This document shows, piece by piece, positions 50,980 to 60,805 of a stretch of DNA of 64,000 nt. The notes below the pieces were generated by a model that saw nothing but the letters and a program-made list of their open reading frames with translations, ran no database searches and was not told the origin of the DNA. Made by a program: the position numbers and the translations under genes. How positions within the stretch are numbered: position 1 is the first letter of the stretch; the number at the start of each line of letters is the position of its first letter. This DNA is from Candidatus Poribacteria bacterium (GTDB lineage: Bacteria; Poribacteria; WGA-4E; WGA-3G): the NCBI GenBank assembly GCA_965197475.1, contig CBDANF010000003.1:544001-608000 (forward strand). The letters are read 5' to 3'.

Positions 50980-53667
50980 ATGTCACGTTTAAAGCAATCA
51001 GAACCTTCCATGATGGAACTTTACAAACAGGTTAAAAAACAGCATGAAGATGCCATTCTCCTCTGTCGGGTAGGTGATTTCTATGAAGCATTCTTTGAAG
51101 ATGCCGAGTTAATTTCTCGCCTCCTTGAGATAGCCCTGACATCAAGAAGCCATAAAAACCAAAAAACACCGCCGCCACCAATGGCAGGAATCCCTCACCA
51201 TGCCCTTGACTCCTACCTCTACAAATTAGTTTCCGCTGGACACAAAGTGGCAATTTTAGATCAGACTGAGGATGCGAAAGTCGCACGAGATGAAAATCGT
51301 CTGGTCAAACGCGATGTCGTCAGAATCGTCACACCTGGCACCGTTACTGACCCAAAAGTACTTGAGCATAAGGCAAACAATTATCTTATCTCAATTTATC
51401 AAGAAAAGGATACATTCGGCATTGCTGTCGCTGATCTCTCTACAGGAGAATTTCAGGTAACTGAACTCACTGATTTCTCCCGACTCTGGGCAGAGATTCA
51501 CCGGTTTTCACCAAAAGAATGTCTTTTTTCAGAGTCTTTTGAGGATCAAAAGATGTTTGATCAACTCAAAATAGAACTGAAAGCAGTGCTGAATTTTCTT
51601 CCCGATTGGCGTTTTGAATTTGATACGGCTCGATCCGAACTTCTTGAACATTTCCGAACGATTTCGCTTGATGGGTTCGGATGTGAACACCTCTCCACTG
51701 CTATCTGCGCCGCTGGCGCACTCATCTATTACCTCCATGAAACGCAGAAACAGGAAGTTGAGCACATCCTTTCTCTTCATACCTACACACTATCAGATTT
51801 TATGGTGCTGGATGCAGATACGCAACGTAATCTTGAATTAACAACCTCTATTCGGGATGGATCCACAAATGGCACATTACTTGAAGTTATTGATCAAACA
51901 GTGACTGCTATGGGAGGAAGGAAGCTGCGTCAGTGTTTGTTGCAACCGTTGCTTGATGAAAATAATATAAAAGAACGTCTCAATGCTGTTGAAGAACTTA
52001 AAGCACAGATTAACTTACAAGAGGAATTACGGGAAGATCTCGGACAAATGTCCGATATGGAGCGTCTCATTACCCGCATTAGTCTCGGTTCAGTAAACGC
52101 GCGCGACTTGCATTCACTCAAAGATTCGCTACTCCTTATTCCAGCAGTTAAGGAACAACTTCAAAGTTGCCAAACACCACTTTTGACTTCTCTGAATGCA
52201 GAATTAAATCCGATGACTGCGTTGGTGGAATTAATAGAGCGTGGGATTCATCCAAACCCTCCCGCAACAATTCGCGAAGGTGGTTTGATTAGCGATGGTT
52301 ATAACGCTGAGCTTGATGAACTTCGACAAATTGTGGGACAAGGTAGAGCGTGGATGGCTACGCTGCAAGAGGAGGAACGAAAACGCAGCGGAATCGCTTC
52401 ACTGAAGATCGGATTCAACCAGGTCTTTGGCTATTACATTGAGGTTACAAAACCAAATCTCAACATGGTGCCGGATCATTATATCCGTAAGCAGACCTTG
52501 CGAAACTCCGAAAGGTTTATCACGCCCGAATTGAAGGAAGAGGAAGCCAAGGTGTTGAACGCTGAAGACCGTATACAAACGCTTGAATACGAACTTTTCT
52601 GTGATATACGGGATGAGGTCGCTAAATCAACAGAGGAAATTCAGAAAATCTCAGCGGCTATCGCTATGGTAGATGTTATTGCAAACTTCGCATATTGTGC
52701 ATCGAAATACAACTATGTGAAACCTGCCGTTGCGGATACTGATGAAATTATTATCCGTGATGGGCGGCATCCGGTAGTAGAACAGATATTCACCCAAGAA
52801 GGTTTTGTGCCAAACGATACTATGCTGAACTGTTCTGACGAACAACTCCATATTATCACAGGCCCCAATATGAGTGGAAAAAGCACCTATCTGCGCCAGA
52901 CAGCACTGATCGTTTTAATGACGCAGGTCGGGTGTTTTGTGCCTGCATCCGCAGCAAAAATTGGATTGGTAGATAGGATTTTCACTCGGGTTGGTGCCTC
53001 AGACAATCTCGTGATGGGACAAAGTACTTTCCTTGTGGAGATGAACGAAACAGCGAATATCCTCAACAATGCCACGCGTAAAAGCCTCGTTATTTTGGAC
53101 GAAGTCGGACGCGGCACAAGCACGTTTGACGGTCTCAGTATTGCGTGGGCAGTTTCAGAGTATCTGTTAGATGAGAAAAAAATGGGTGCTAAAACGCTCT
53201 TCGCAACACATTATCATGAACTTGTAGAACTCGCAAGCAAGTACAAAAGCGCGAAGAACTACAACGTCGCTGTCCATGAAGATGGAGAAAAGGTGACATT
53301 CCTGCGAAAAGTAGTACCTGGCGGTGCCGACCAAAGTTATGGAATTCACGTCGCTCGACTTGCAGGGTTACCACACACTGTGATCTCGCGTGCACAGGAA
53401 ATTCTTGAGGTTCTTGAACAACACAATATCAGTGTTGAGGCAGATGGTGCAGCAGAAAAACCCCAGAAAGCAACCCAAACAATGCCACGACCAAAACGCC
53501 GTGTCACCCGAAAAACGCTACAGAGCGATTCGCTGCAGATGGCACTTTTCACGCCGAAAACACACCCTCTCGTAGAAGATATCCGACAGTTGGAACTTTC
53601 TCAAATGACACCTTTAGATGCAGTGAACATCCTTTACGACCTGAAGGCAAAAGCAGAGGAATCTTGA
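50980..53667 (+). CDS. mutS: DNA mismatch repair protein MutS
   Basis: GDFYEAF, TGPNMSGKST, GQSTFLVEM, DEVGRGTS, FATHYHEL, SYGIHVA. Confidence 0.98.
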   Translation: MSRLKQSEPSMMELYKQVKKQHEDAILLCRVGDFYEAFFEDAELISRLLEIALTSRSHKNQKTPPPPMAGIPHHALDSYLYKLVSAGHKVAILDQTEDAKVARDENRLVKRDVVRIVTPGTVTDPKVLEHKANNYLISIYQEKDTFGIAVADLSTGEFQVTELTDFSRLWAEIHRFSPKECLFSESFEDQKMFDQLKIELKAVLNFLPDWRFEFDTARSELLEHFRTISLDGFGCEHLSTAICAAGALIYYLHETQKQEVEHILSLHTYTLSDFMVLDADTQRNLELTTSIRDGSTNGTLLEVIDQTVTAMGGRKLRQCLLQPLLDENNIKERLNAVEELKAQINLQEELREDLGQMSDMERLITRISLGSVNARDLHSLKDSLLLIPAVKEQLQSCQTPLLTSLNAELNPMTALVELIERGIHPNPPATIREGGLISDGYNAELDELRQIVGQGRAWMATLQEEERKRSGIASLKIGFNQVFGYYIEVTKPNLNMVPDHYIRKQTLRNSERFITPELKEEEAKVLNAEDRIQTLEYELFCDIRDEVAKSTEEIQKISAAIAMVDVIANFAYCASKYNYVKPAVADTDEIIIRDGRHPVVEQIFTQEGFVPNDTMLNCSDEQLHIITGPNMSGKSTYLRQTALIVLMTQVGCFVPASAAKIGLVDRIFTRVGASDNLVMGQSTFLVEMNETANILNNATRKSLVILDEVGRGTSTFDGLSIAWAVSEYLLDEKKMGAKTLFATHYHELVELASKYKSAKNYNVAVHEDGEKVTFLRKVVPGGADQSYGIHVARLAGLPHTVISRAQEILEVLEQHNISVEADGAAEKPQKATQTMPRPKRRVTRKTLQSDSLQMALFTPKTHPLVEDIRQLELSQMTPLDAVNILYDLKAKAEES

Positions 53668-53795
53668 TTTACTTTTGGATTTAGTAAGATAAAATTAGGT
53701 ATATATTCCTTGTAGTTGCCGAATGCCGAAAGTGCATTCGGCATTCATTTTGCCTAATACAAATTTGTTGGGTTTCGCTGTATTTATTTAACGAA

Positions 53796-53890
53796 TAATA
53801 CCAAATTAACGGGATTAGTCTTATTTTTTTGGACAGGCAGCGCGCGGACAAAGCGCGCCTACCGAGTGGGATCAAGTTAATTTGGTATAA
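53796..53890. repeat. MITE family M1, copy 3
   Basis: Same TIR and core as 4085. Confidence 0.85.
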
Positions 53891-53892
53891 GA

Positions 53893-54068
53893 TCAGGACG
53901 GACGCATTTTCTCTTAAAGTCCCCTGATAAGGGGGACTTAGGGGGTTAAAAACACGGAAATAACAACTTTGAACTGCGGGATGGACGCATGAGTGGTAGA
54001 ATCCTTGATGCATCTGCCAGTTTAACCCCCCTAACCCCCCTTATCAAGGGGGAATGCGTAAGTCCTGA
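53893..54068. repeat. MITE-like element, family M3
   Basis: Ends TCAGGACGGACGCATT / AATGCGTAAGTCCTGA; inner inverted CCCC..ATAAGGGGG..TAGGGGGTTAAA motifs. Confidence 0.65.
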
Positions 54069-54159
54069 AGATATCAAAACAGAAGTTTCTTAGAGTTTTG
54101 ATAAAGTTAGATATTTTACTGCTCAACCCAACCTACGATGACAACAGAATACCTCAACG

Positions 54160-55128
54160 CTATAACGTTACGGATTTTCCACTCCGCGCACATTCATAGA
54201 TAGCCATGTTGAGCGCAACAGAACGTCTGCCTTCATATCCATCAACTGCAGGTGCAGCATCATCGTGTATCACTCGTAGCGCGTCTTGAATAACATTACC
54301 GGGATATGATGGAAGTTCAATTTCCGGTTCTTCGCCATCAGAAAACTGCCATATTTCTGGTCCAAGACCAACGATACCTTTCTCGCCATGAATGTGAATC
54401 ATTGAAACGTTACCGCCGGGATATGTAGTTGTTGTCAGGACGTGCCCAAGTGCACCGTTTTCAAATTCTAATATTGCGGAGGTCATATCTTCGGTTTCAC
54501 AATTTTCGTGGTCGTAGACATCAAAGTGTGCACCGATAACGCGTTTGACAGGTCCCATAAACCATAACATCAGGTCAATGTAATGTACACCCTGGTTCAT
54601 GATAGAGCCGCCACCATCAAATTCCCATGTGCCGTGCCACCCCACGTAATAGCTATCCGGTCGTTTCCATTTCATACGCAACTCGCACAGCAGGGGTCTA
54701 CCGAGTGCACCTTGTTCAAGTACATTCTTAATCCGTCTGTTGTGTTTGCCGTACCTTTCTCCAAAGTCAATGAGCAGTTTGACGTTATTGTCTTCACAGG
54801 TTTTGATGAGAGCATCGCAATTTTCAACGCTGACATCCATCGGTTTTGTCGTAATGACGTGTTTACCACGACGCGCAGCTTCTTGTCCGAATTTACCATG
54901 AAGACCACTCGGTGTCATTATCATTGCGACATCAATATCATCTCGGTCAAACATTTCAAGTGCATCGTCGTGACTTTCGCACCCGAACTTTTCTTCAGCA
55001 GCTTTACGTCGATCTTCAACAAGGTCAGCAACAGCGACAAGTTCAGCACCGTCTGTGCTATGAATTACACCAGAACGATTCATGCCCATACCTAAACCTA
55101 CAACGCCGAAACGTAGATTGTTAGCCAT
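54160..55128 (-). CDS. Gfo/Idh/MocA-family oxidoreductase
   Basis: GVVGLG, TPSGLH, GKHVITTKPM, GGGSIMNQGVHYID. Confidence 0.92.
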   Translation of the reverse strand: MANNLRFGVVGLGMGMNRSGVIHSTDGAELVAVADLVEDRRKAAEEKFGCESHDDALEMFDRDDIDVAMIMTPSGLHGKFGQEAARRGKHVITTKPMDVSVENCDALIKTCEDNNVKLLIDFGERYGKHNRRIKNVLEQGALGRPLLCELRMKWKRPDSYYVGWHGTWEFDGGGSIMNQGVHYIDLMLWFMGPVKRVIGAHFDVYDHENCETEDMTSAILEFENGALGHVLTTTTYPGGNVSMIHIHGEKGIVGLGPEIWQFSDGEEPEIELPSYPGNVIQDALRVIHDDAAPAVDGYEGRRSVALNMAIYECARSGKSVTL

Positions 55129-55356
55129 TAAAATTTCTCCTAATAACGCACCTTACTTGGGTCACCCCGATGAAAGTACGCAGATAATTCTTATCGCCAG
55201 ACAGAAGTCAATATAGGTCTGGCAGACTAAGTGAGCGAGTACTTCATTATATCAAAGAGGTTCTCTTTATACCACACTTTTATTGCACTCGCGTTAAAAA
55301 AGTATATCATTTATGTTTTTTCCATTCCAGACATATTATTCCAGACATATTATAGG

Positions 55357-55530
55357 TTACCCACTTTTAGTGGTAATGGATTCGCCGTGTACCATCAAAT
55401 GAATACGAAGCCAATCGCGTTCCCAGTTTTCAGAGCGGTATGGAATATAGTGACATGCCAACCCGTGTCTACGTGTTCTCGGTTTTAGCACCGGTGCGCC
55501 ACCATGAATGAGTTTCCCATCAAACAGCAT
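55357..55530 (-). pseudogene. C-terminal remnant of a PhyH-like dioxygenase
   Basis: MLFDGKLIHGG...TRRHGLACHYIP. Confidence 0.5.
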
Positions 55531-55550
55531 CGCATTGATAGCCAAAAAAG

Positions 55551-55579
55551 TTGACATCTGCGGTGAGATATGATATACT
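55551..55579 (+). promoter_or_regulatory. Sigma70 promoter of rpsU
   Basis: TTGACA-17bp-TATACT. Confidence 0.75.
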
Positions 55580-55614
55580 ACTATAATAATTTTACTTATA
55601 GGAGGGTTGTAAAC

Positions 55615-55836
55615 ATGGTTCAAGTTGAAATTACAGTTGATTCAGGCGAAACATTTGATAGGGCACTCGCTCGTTTTAAAAAGATGTGCGGCAAAGCGGG
55701 TGTTGTGACAGAGATTAAAAAACGAAGTTTTTATGAAAAACCGAGTGAAAAACGGCGCCGAATTGAACTGAAACGCCAGCGGAAAGTCAAACCGAGAACG
55801 ACAGAATATCGCCCACGCTATGATAACAGCAGGTAG
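55615..55836 (+). CDS. rpsU: 30S ribosomal protein S21
   Basis: ETFDRALARFKK..EIKKRSFYEKPSEKR; RBS AGGAGG. Confidence 0.95.
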   Translation: MVQVEITVDSGETFDRALARFKKMCGKAGVVTEIKKRSFYEKPSEKRRRIELKRQRKVKPRTTEYRPRYDNSR

Positions 55837-55856
55837 GCGGTTTCAGGAGGTAGTGT

Positions 55857-56384
55857 ATGGTTGTTCAGGATGTTGCGGAGGTTGATGGGAACTATAAAGG
55901 ACTTTTAATTCAATACTGCCAAGAACGGGGATTGAGCCAACCGCAGTTCACTGAAACAAAACACGGCACGCCGGACGCACCGAGTTGGAAAGTTACAGTA
56001 CATTACGGGGACCGGATCCATGAGATGACGGATCCGATACCGGGAGCGAAAAAAGAGGCTCATCAGCTCGCTGCGAAACAGGTGCTTGACACAATTAGTC
56101 AAAACCGTGAGCGTTTATTGGCAGGTGAAGATGATGCAAAAGACGATATAATATCAGAATTGGTTGAGATGCCAGTGTTCGCTGAACCAGTTGAGGTGGG
56201 ATTGCCGCTTGTTACGAGTGCAATGGCAATTGCAAATGAACGGCTCGGAACATCGCAACCCTCACGATACCGAGGTGTTTCTGATACTGAATTCTCTCGG
56301 AAATTAGCACAGCTGACGATACAGATTATCAAAGATTTGAATAAGGCTGCGGAAGAGGCGAATATGAAGTTTCCTCAAACATAA
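55857..56384 (+). CDS. Stand-alone double-stranded RNA-binding motif protein
   Basis: NYKGLLIQYCQ..PQF..GTPDAPSWKVTV..GAKKEAHQLAAKQVL. Confidence 0.75.
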   Translation: MVVQDVAEVDGNYKGLLIQYCQERGLSQPQFTETKHGTPDAPSWKVTVHYGDRIHEMTDPIPGAKKEAHQLAAKQVLDTISQNRERLLAGEDDAKDDIISELVEMPVFAEPVEVGLPLVTSAMAIANERLGTSQPSRYRGVSDTEFSRKLAQLTIQIIKDLNKAAEEANMKFPQT

Positions 56385-56391
56385 GCAGTGG

Positions 56392-56420
56392 CGGGGTCAG
56401 AGTTCTGACCCCGTTTTTTT
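56392..56420 (+). terminator. Intrinsic terminator
   Basis: CGGGGTCAGA-GT-TCTGACCCCG followed by T7. Confidence 0.85.
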
Positions 56421-56564
56421 ATTGCAGTCGGCTATTTATCGACTATCGGAATTAGAATGTGCTAATTATCAAAAAGTTGGGTTTCGCACGCTCTACCTAA
56501 CCTACGAAGTGTAAGGACGGGCACAGGGTTACGGCACACGGAGTGTGCCTACTACTTTTAAGAT

Positions 56565-57248
56565 ATGATTGAACGGATTAAACGCCGGCTACGGCAAAAC
56601 CGATTTTTGGCACCGCTAATGGGATGTCCGTATCCTGCACCGCGTTGGAATCGATCTGTTAAACGGGTGATCCGAGAACTGGGACCTGATGCACGGATTT
56701 TGGACTTGGGTTCCGGGATGCATCGCCGTGCACCGAATGTGATTAATCTTGAGATTGAGGCGACTCCTGCGGTGGATGTTGTGGCGGATGGGCATTGTCT
56801 GCCGTTTGCAGATGGTGTTTTTGATGCGGTTATTTCTGAGGCGGTGTTGGAGCATGTGCGTGAGCCTGGGCGTGTGGTGGCTGAGATGTCCCGTGTGTTA
56901 AAACCGGGTGGATATGTGTGTGCTGCGGTGCCGTTCTTACAAGGGTATCATGCGTCTCCTCACGATTATCAACGTTGGACGACGACTGGGTTTGTTGCGT
57001 TGTTTTCTCGGTTTAACGAGGTTGAAAGTGGTGCTTGTGCGGGTCCGTCGGCAGCACTGCATTGGGTTTTTCGTGAATATGTCGGGCTTGTGTGTTCTTT
57101 CGGGAGTTTGCTGGTTGCGAAGGCTCTGTCGCTTTTGGTTGGATGGTTGACGTTTCCGTTGGTGTGGGTGGATATGTTGTTGTTATTGCATCCGCATTCG
57201 CATATTTTGGCATCTGCGGTGTATTTTGTGGGGCGGAAAGTGGAGTAG
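56565..57248 (+). CDS. Class I SAM-dependent methyltransferase
   Basis: ILDLGSG, LPFADGVFD, VLEHV, RVLKPGG, PHDYQRWT. Confidence 0.9.
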   Translation: MIERIKRRLRQNRFLAPLMGCPYPAPRWNRSVKRVIRELGPDARILDLGSGMHRRAPNVINLEIEATPAVDVVADGHCLPFADGVFDAVISEAVLEHVREPGRVVAEMSRVLKPGGYVCAAVPFLQGYHASPHDYQRWTTTGFVALFSRFNEVESGACAGPSAALHWVFREYVGLVCSFGSLLVAKALSLLVGWLTFPLVWVDMLLLLHPHSHILASAVYFVGRKVE

Positions 57249-57261
57249 TTTCAACTGCATC

Positions 57262-57337
57262 GTAAAGACAGGTCTCCGTTCTCCGTGCCCGCCCCTATTC
57301 TTAGCACATTGTATGGGCGGGTCTCCGTGCCCGCCCC
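57262..57337. repeat. REP-like palindromes flanking the RAYT (third copy at 57968-57993, opposite strand)
   Basis: GTA.GGGCGGGTCTCCGTGCCCGCCC motif on both sides of the transposase. Confidence 0.75.
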
Positions 57338-57403
57338 TCGTGATTATTAGCTCAAAACGTGTCAAAGCACAGAAGATACCTAATCTACAATGGGATCATC
57401 GTT

Positions 57404-57976
57404 TCATGGAGCAATACCTAAACGTTCCAATTCCCATTTGCGAATGTTGTTGTGGATGTACTCTCGTACAGATCGTAGGGAGGATTCATTTCGGATAACA
57501 TGATCATGAAACGAAAATTCCCACAATTTTTTGCTAAACCTTTGCCAACCGTTTTGTTTGACCCCTTGAATGTATCGGTTTGTTGTTATAGATTTAAAAC
57601 GTTCCATCAGTGTGATTAACGATATCGGGTTTTTTGAATTAACTGGTTGCTGTGAGGTTTCTGTATCTCCCTCTATAACATTGGTAGGTTTCGATTTGAT
57701 GATGAGAATACCATGAAAGTGGTCAGGCATGACTTGGAATGTATCTAATTCAATCTGCCGGAAATATCGTGGTAATTCCTGCCAAGTTTTTTCGATCATG
57801 TAACCCGCGTTTGTTAAGGCAATTTTGTCGTTTTCCAGGTGTCCGAATAGGCAAGATCTATTTCGTGTGGTGAGTGTAATAAAATACCATCCGGGTTGGG
57901 AATAGTCATATCCGGGGAGACGAAGATTTTTGGATTTAGGGTAATACATTTTTATATTTTTTGCATTGCGGGGCAC
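57404..57976 (-). mobile_element. REP-associated tyrosine transposase (RAYT / Y1 HUH)
   Basis: RLPGYDYS..WYFIT, VMPDHFHGI, FKS, LWEFSFHDHVIR, EYIHNN. Confidence 0.9.
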
Positions 57977-58009
57977 GGAGACCCCGCCCTACAGTTTTAT
58001 TATAAACAG

Positions 58010-59257
58010 TTACTCCACTGGCTGATATTCGCTTGCATCAACGTAATAGACGAAGCCGATGCACATCTCATCTGTGGTTTTGTCGCCCCAACCGACGGGG
58101 ATAGGTGGGGTGTGTGGGTTGGCTGGGTTAGTGGCGGAGTTGTCGAAGTGGGCAACGAGTGAGATACGTGTGCCTGCGGGTAGGAAGATCGGTTTGCGGT
58201 AGTGATAGATGTCTTGCCAGTTGAAATCCCAATCTTGTATCCAGATAAGGTCGATCGGGTCGCCTGTTGACGGTTTTGCGATGATCCGCATGTCGCGTCC
58301 GAGCAGATGCATGTGCGGCATTGTGGCTAACAGATAACTATCTTTTTTGAGCTGGTGTGATGCTTTAACAGCATATTTCGCTTCTCCTGCCGGAATTACG
58401 AATTTGTCGTTGATCGCGGAACCGATACGCAGCGGGGTTGTTTTCTCGGTTTTGGAGAAGTAGAGTCCCATTCTCGATTGGTCGCGTTCCGTATGTCCGG
58501 TGCGGTAGTAGTGTACCTGTAGGACGATGTCTGCCCCTTTCAGCAACAGATACCCAACGCCTTCTGGTAGCACAGAAGGTGTTACACCGGGTGCCCATCC
58601 GCCAAGCGTTCCTGCAACATCAATACCGGGACCGGTGCCTTGTGTGACATACCCGGGTTTCGGATCCTGTGCAGCAAGCTCCCGTCCTTGTCCCTTTGTA
58701 TCCAAATAGGCGATGACGTGGTGGACTGTCTTCCGATTGCCGGGTTGGACATCAACGGCTTGGACGTATATGTCTGTATCAAAGTTGGTGGGTATGATGA
58801 AGTGTCGATATTCGTCTTCACCTTCAGGTTCGATTTCGTATTCGACTGGCATTTCAACGATGTGGTCGGGTTCACCGAGTGCCCACCCGTCATGGAATTT
58901 GGGGTTCGGCGGTACTGTGGAGAGGTCGCCTGCGGGTGTGCCTGCTTCTGTCCAGTCGGTGATCATTTGGATTTCTTTGTCGGTGAGGCGGCGTTCGTTT
59001 TTGAAGTTGCCGTAACCGTCTGCTGGTTTCCAAGGCGGCATGAGCCGTGCTTTGGTGTATTCAGCGATTTCAGTTGCCCACGCTTTGGCTTGCCTATAGT
59101 CGGTAAGTGCAAAGGGTGCGACTTCGCCGTGCCGATGGCAACTTTGGCACTGTTTTTGTAGGATGGGTGCGATGTGTTCGCTATAGGTGATTTCGTCTGC
59201 TTGGATATGGGGGGTCAGGATTATAAGTGTGATAAATATGATTAAGAACTTTTTCAT
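58010..59257 (-). CDS. Cytochrome c plus copper type II ascorbate-dependent monooxygenase-like protein
   Basis: CQSCH, MPPW, VHH, LQVHY, PHMH, WDFNWQ, DEMC. Confidence 0.88.
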   Translation of the reverse strand: MKKFLIIFITLIILTPHIQADEITYSEHIAPILQKQCQSCHRHGEVAPFALTDYRQAKAWATEIAEYTKARLMPPWKPADGYGNFKNERRLTDKEIQMITDWTEAGTPAGDLSTVPPNPKFHDGWALGEPDHIVEMPVEYEIEPEGEDEYRHFIIPTNFDTDIYVQAVDVQPGNRKTVHHVIAYLDTKGQGRELAAQDPKPGYVTQGTGPGIDVAGTLGGWAPGVTPSVLPEGVGYLLLKGADIVLQVHYYRTGHTERDQSRMGLYFSKTEKTTPLRIGSAINDKFVIPAGEAKYAVKASHQLKKDSYLLATMPHMHLLGRDMRIIAKPSTGDPIDLIWIQDWDFNWQDIYHYRKPIFLPAGTRISLVAHFDNSATNPANPHTPPIPVGWGDKTTDEMCIGFVYYVDASEYQPVE

Positions 59258-59275
59258 TGGTTCGGGTTTGTCCTC

Positions 59276-59446
59276 CTATTTGTTGGATGTTGTAGACTTT
59301 TGGCTATTGGTTGACGGTTCAACAGGCGGTGGTTCATTGAAGTCCTCACCTTTGCCTTCCTCTTTTGCAATTTGCCTCCGCTTCTCACGTCTTTCTGCGT
59401 ACCAATCTGACAATAACATGATAAGATCAATGCCTCCTATTACCAT
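59276..59446 (-). CDS. Small hypothetical protein, possibly degenerate
   Basis: MVIGGIDLIMLLSDWYAERREKRRQIAKEEGKGEDFNEPPP... Confidence 0.35.
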   Translation of the reverse strand: MVIGGIDLIMLLSDWYAERREKRRQIAKEEGKGEDFNEPPPVEPSTNSQKSTTSNK

Positions 59447-59566
59447 AAATATCTAACAGATGGCCAAAACGCGCCCCATCTTTTCAAAATGTCCTCCACA
59501 AAATTCACTACGGGTACAGAATAGCATATATTGTTTGAAATATCAAATAAAAGTCAGGTTGGTCTG

Positions 59567-59894
59567 AAATGTTTATTCTCAAGAATATCTATAACGATCT
59601 CATTGCAGAAAGCGCGATTGTCTAAGACAAAAACCTTCAGCACTCCCATAATCCTGAAAATCTACTAATCCTGAAAATCCTGGTTCAGACAACGACAAAA
59701 ACCTTCAGCACTCCCATAATCCTGAAAATCTACTAATCCTGAAAATCCTGGTTCAGACAACGACAAGAACCTTCAGCACTCCCATAATCCTGAAAATCTA
59801 CTAATCCTGAAAATCCTGGTTCAGACAACGACAAGAACCTTCAGCACTCCCATAATCCTGAAAATCTACTAATCCTGAAAATCCTGGTTCAGAC
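59567..59894. repeat. 59-bp leader plus four tandem 68-bp repeats (array 1)
   Basis: Units start at 59626, 59694, 59762, 59830. Confidence 0.95.
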
Positions 59895-60266
59895 TTTTTT
59901 GTTCGGATTAAACAGCCTTTTATGTTCTAAACTTTTTCCACCAAAATTTATTAAGAGCCCGATGTCAAAGCGGAATGCCTCCAGATAATTTCTCGCTTGT
60001 GCAATATGGATATCTTCCAACTTAATTAATGCTTTTAATTCAACAACGACCTTTTCTGCGACAATGAAATCAGCTCTTCTCGTACCGATTTCGATTTCAT
60101 CGTAATAGACAGGGTATTCTACCTCACGTTCATAACCGATTCCTGCACGTTCTAACTCAATAGCAAGTGCACGCTGATAAATTACCTCCTGAAACCCTCC
60201 TCCAAGAGTTTTATGAACCTTCATCGCACAACCAATTATTTGATATGTTAATTTTTCTTCTTGCAT
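59889..60266 (-). CDS. GxxExxY protein (PD-(D/E)XK nuclease-like)
   Basis: LGGGFQEVIYQRAL, RADFIV, VVELKA, QARNYL, GLLINFG. Confidence 0.93.
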   Translation of the reverse strand: MQEEKLTYQIIGCAMKVHKTLGGGFQEVIYQRALAIELERAGIGYEREVEYPVYYDEIEIGTRRADFIVAEKVVVELKALIKLEDIHIAQARNYLEAFRFDIGLLINFGGKSLEHKRLFNPNKKV

Positions 60267-60348
60267 TTTGACAGTCCTTGTCTGAATCTAATCGTTTGCA
60301 CCCAAATTTACGAGATTATAGCATTAATTTCGGAGGGATGTCAAGGGT

Positions 60349-60737
60349 GTTGTCTGAACCAGGATTTTCAGGATTACCAGATTTTCAAGATTAGCATTTT
60401 CTCGGCTAAATGTTTATTCTCAAGAATATCTATAACGATCTCATTGCAGAAAGCGCGATTGTCTAAGACAAGAACCTTCAGCACTCCCATAATCCTGAAA
60501 ATCTACTAATCCTGAAAATCCTGGTTCAGACAACGACAAGAACCTTCAGCACCCCCATAATCCTGAAAATCTACTAATCCTGAAAATCCTGGTTCAGACA
60601 ACGACAAGAACCTTCAGCACTCCCATAATCCTGAAAATCTACTAATCCTGAAAATCCTGGTTCAGACAACGACAAGAACCTTCAGCACTCCCATAATCCT
60701 GAAAATCTACTAATCCTGAAAATCCTGGTTCAGACAA
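60349..60737. repeat. Inverted arm, 59-bp leader and four tandem 68-bp repeats (array 2)
   Basis: Inverted arm 60349-60393; units start at 60467, 60535, 60603, 60671. Confidence 0.95.
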
Positions 60738-60776
60738 AAAAAGCGGGCAACGAACCGGAGTTCGTCGCCCGCCTTT
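60737..60776 (-). terminator. Intrinsic terminator of the large secreted-protein gene
   Basis: GCGGGC.ACGAAC..GTTCGT.GCCCGC hairpin followed by a T run on the minus strand. Confidence 0.7.
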
Positions 60777-60805
60777 CGGGGTAGGTTAGTTAGAATATCC
60801 CTGAG

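Noticed and set aside
59626-60737. CRISPR array
   Set aside because: The 68-bp units are essentially identical over their full length, with no unique spacers and no cas genes.
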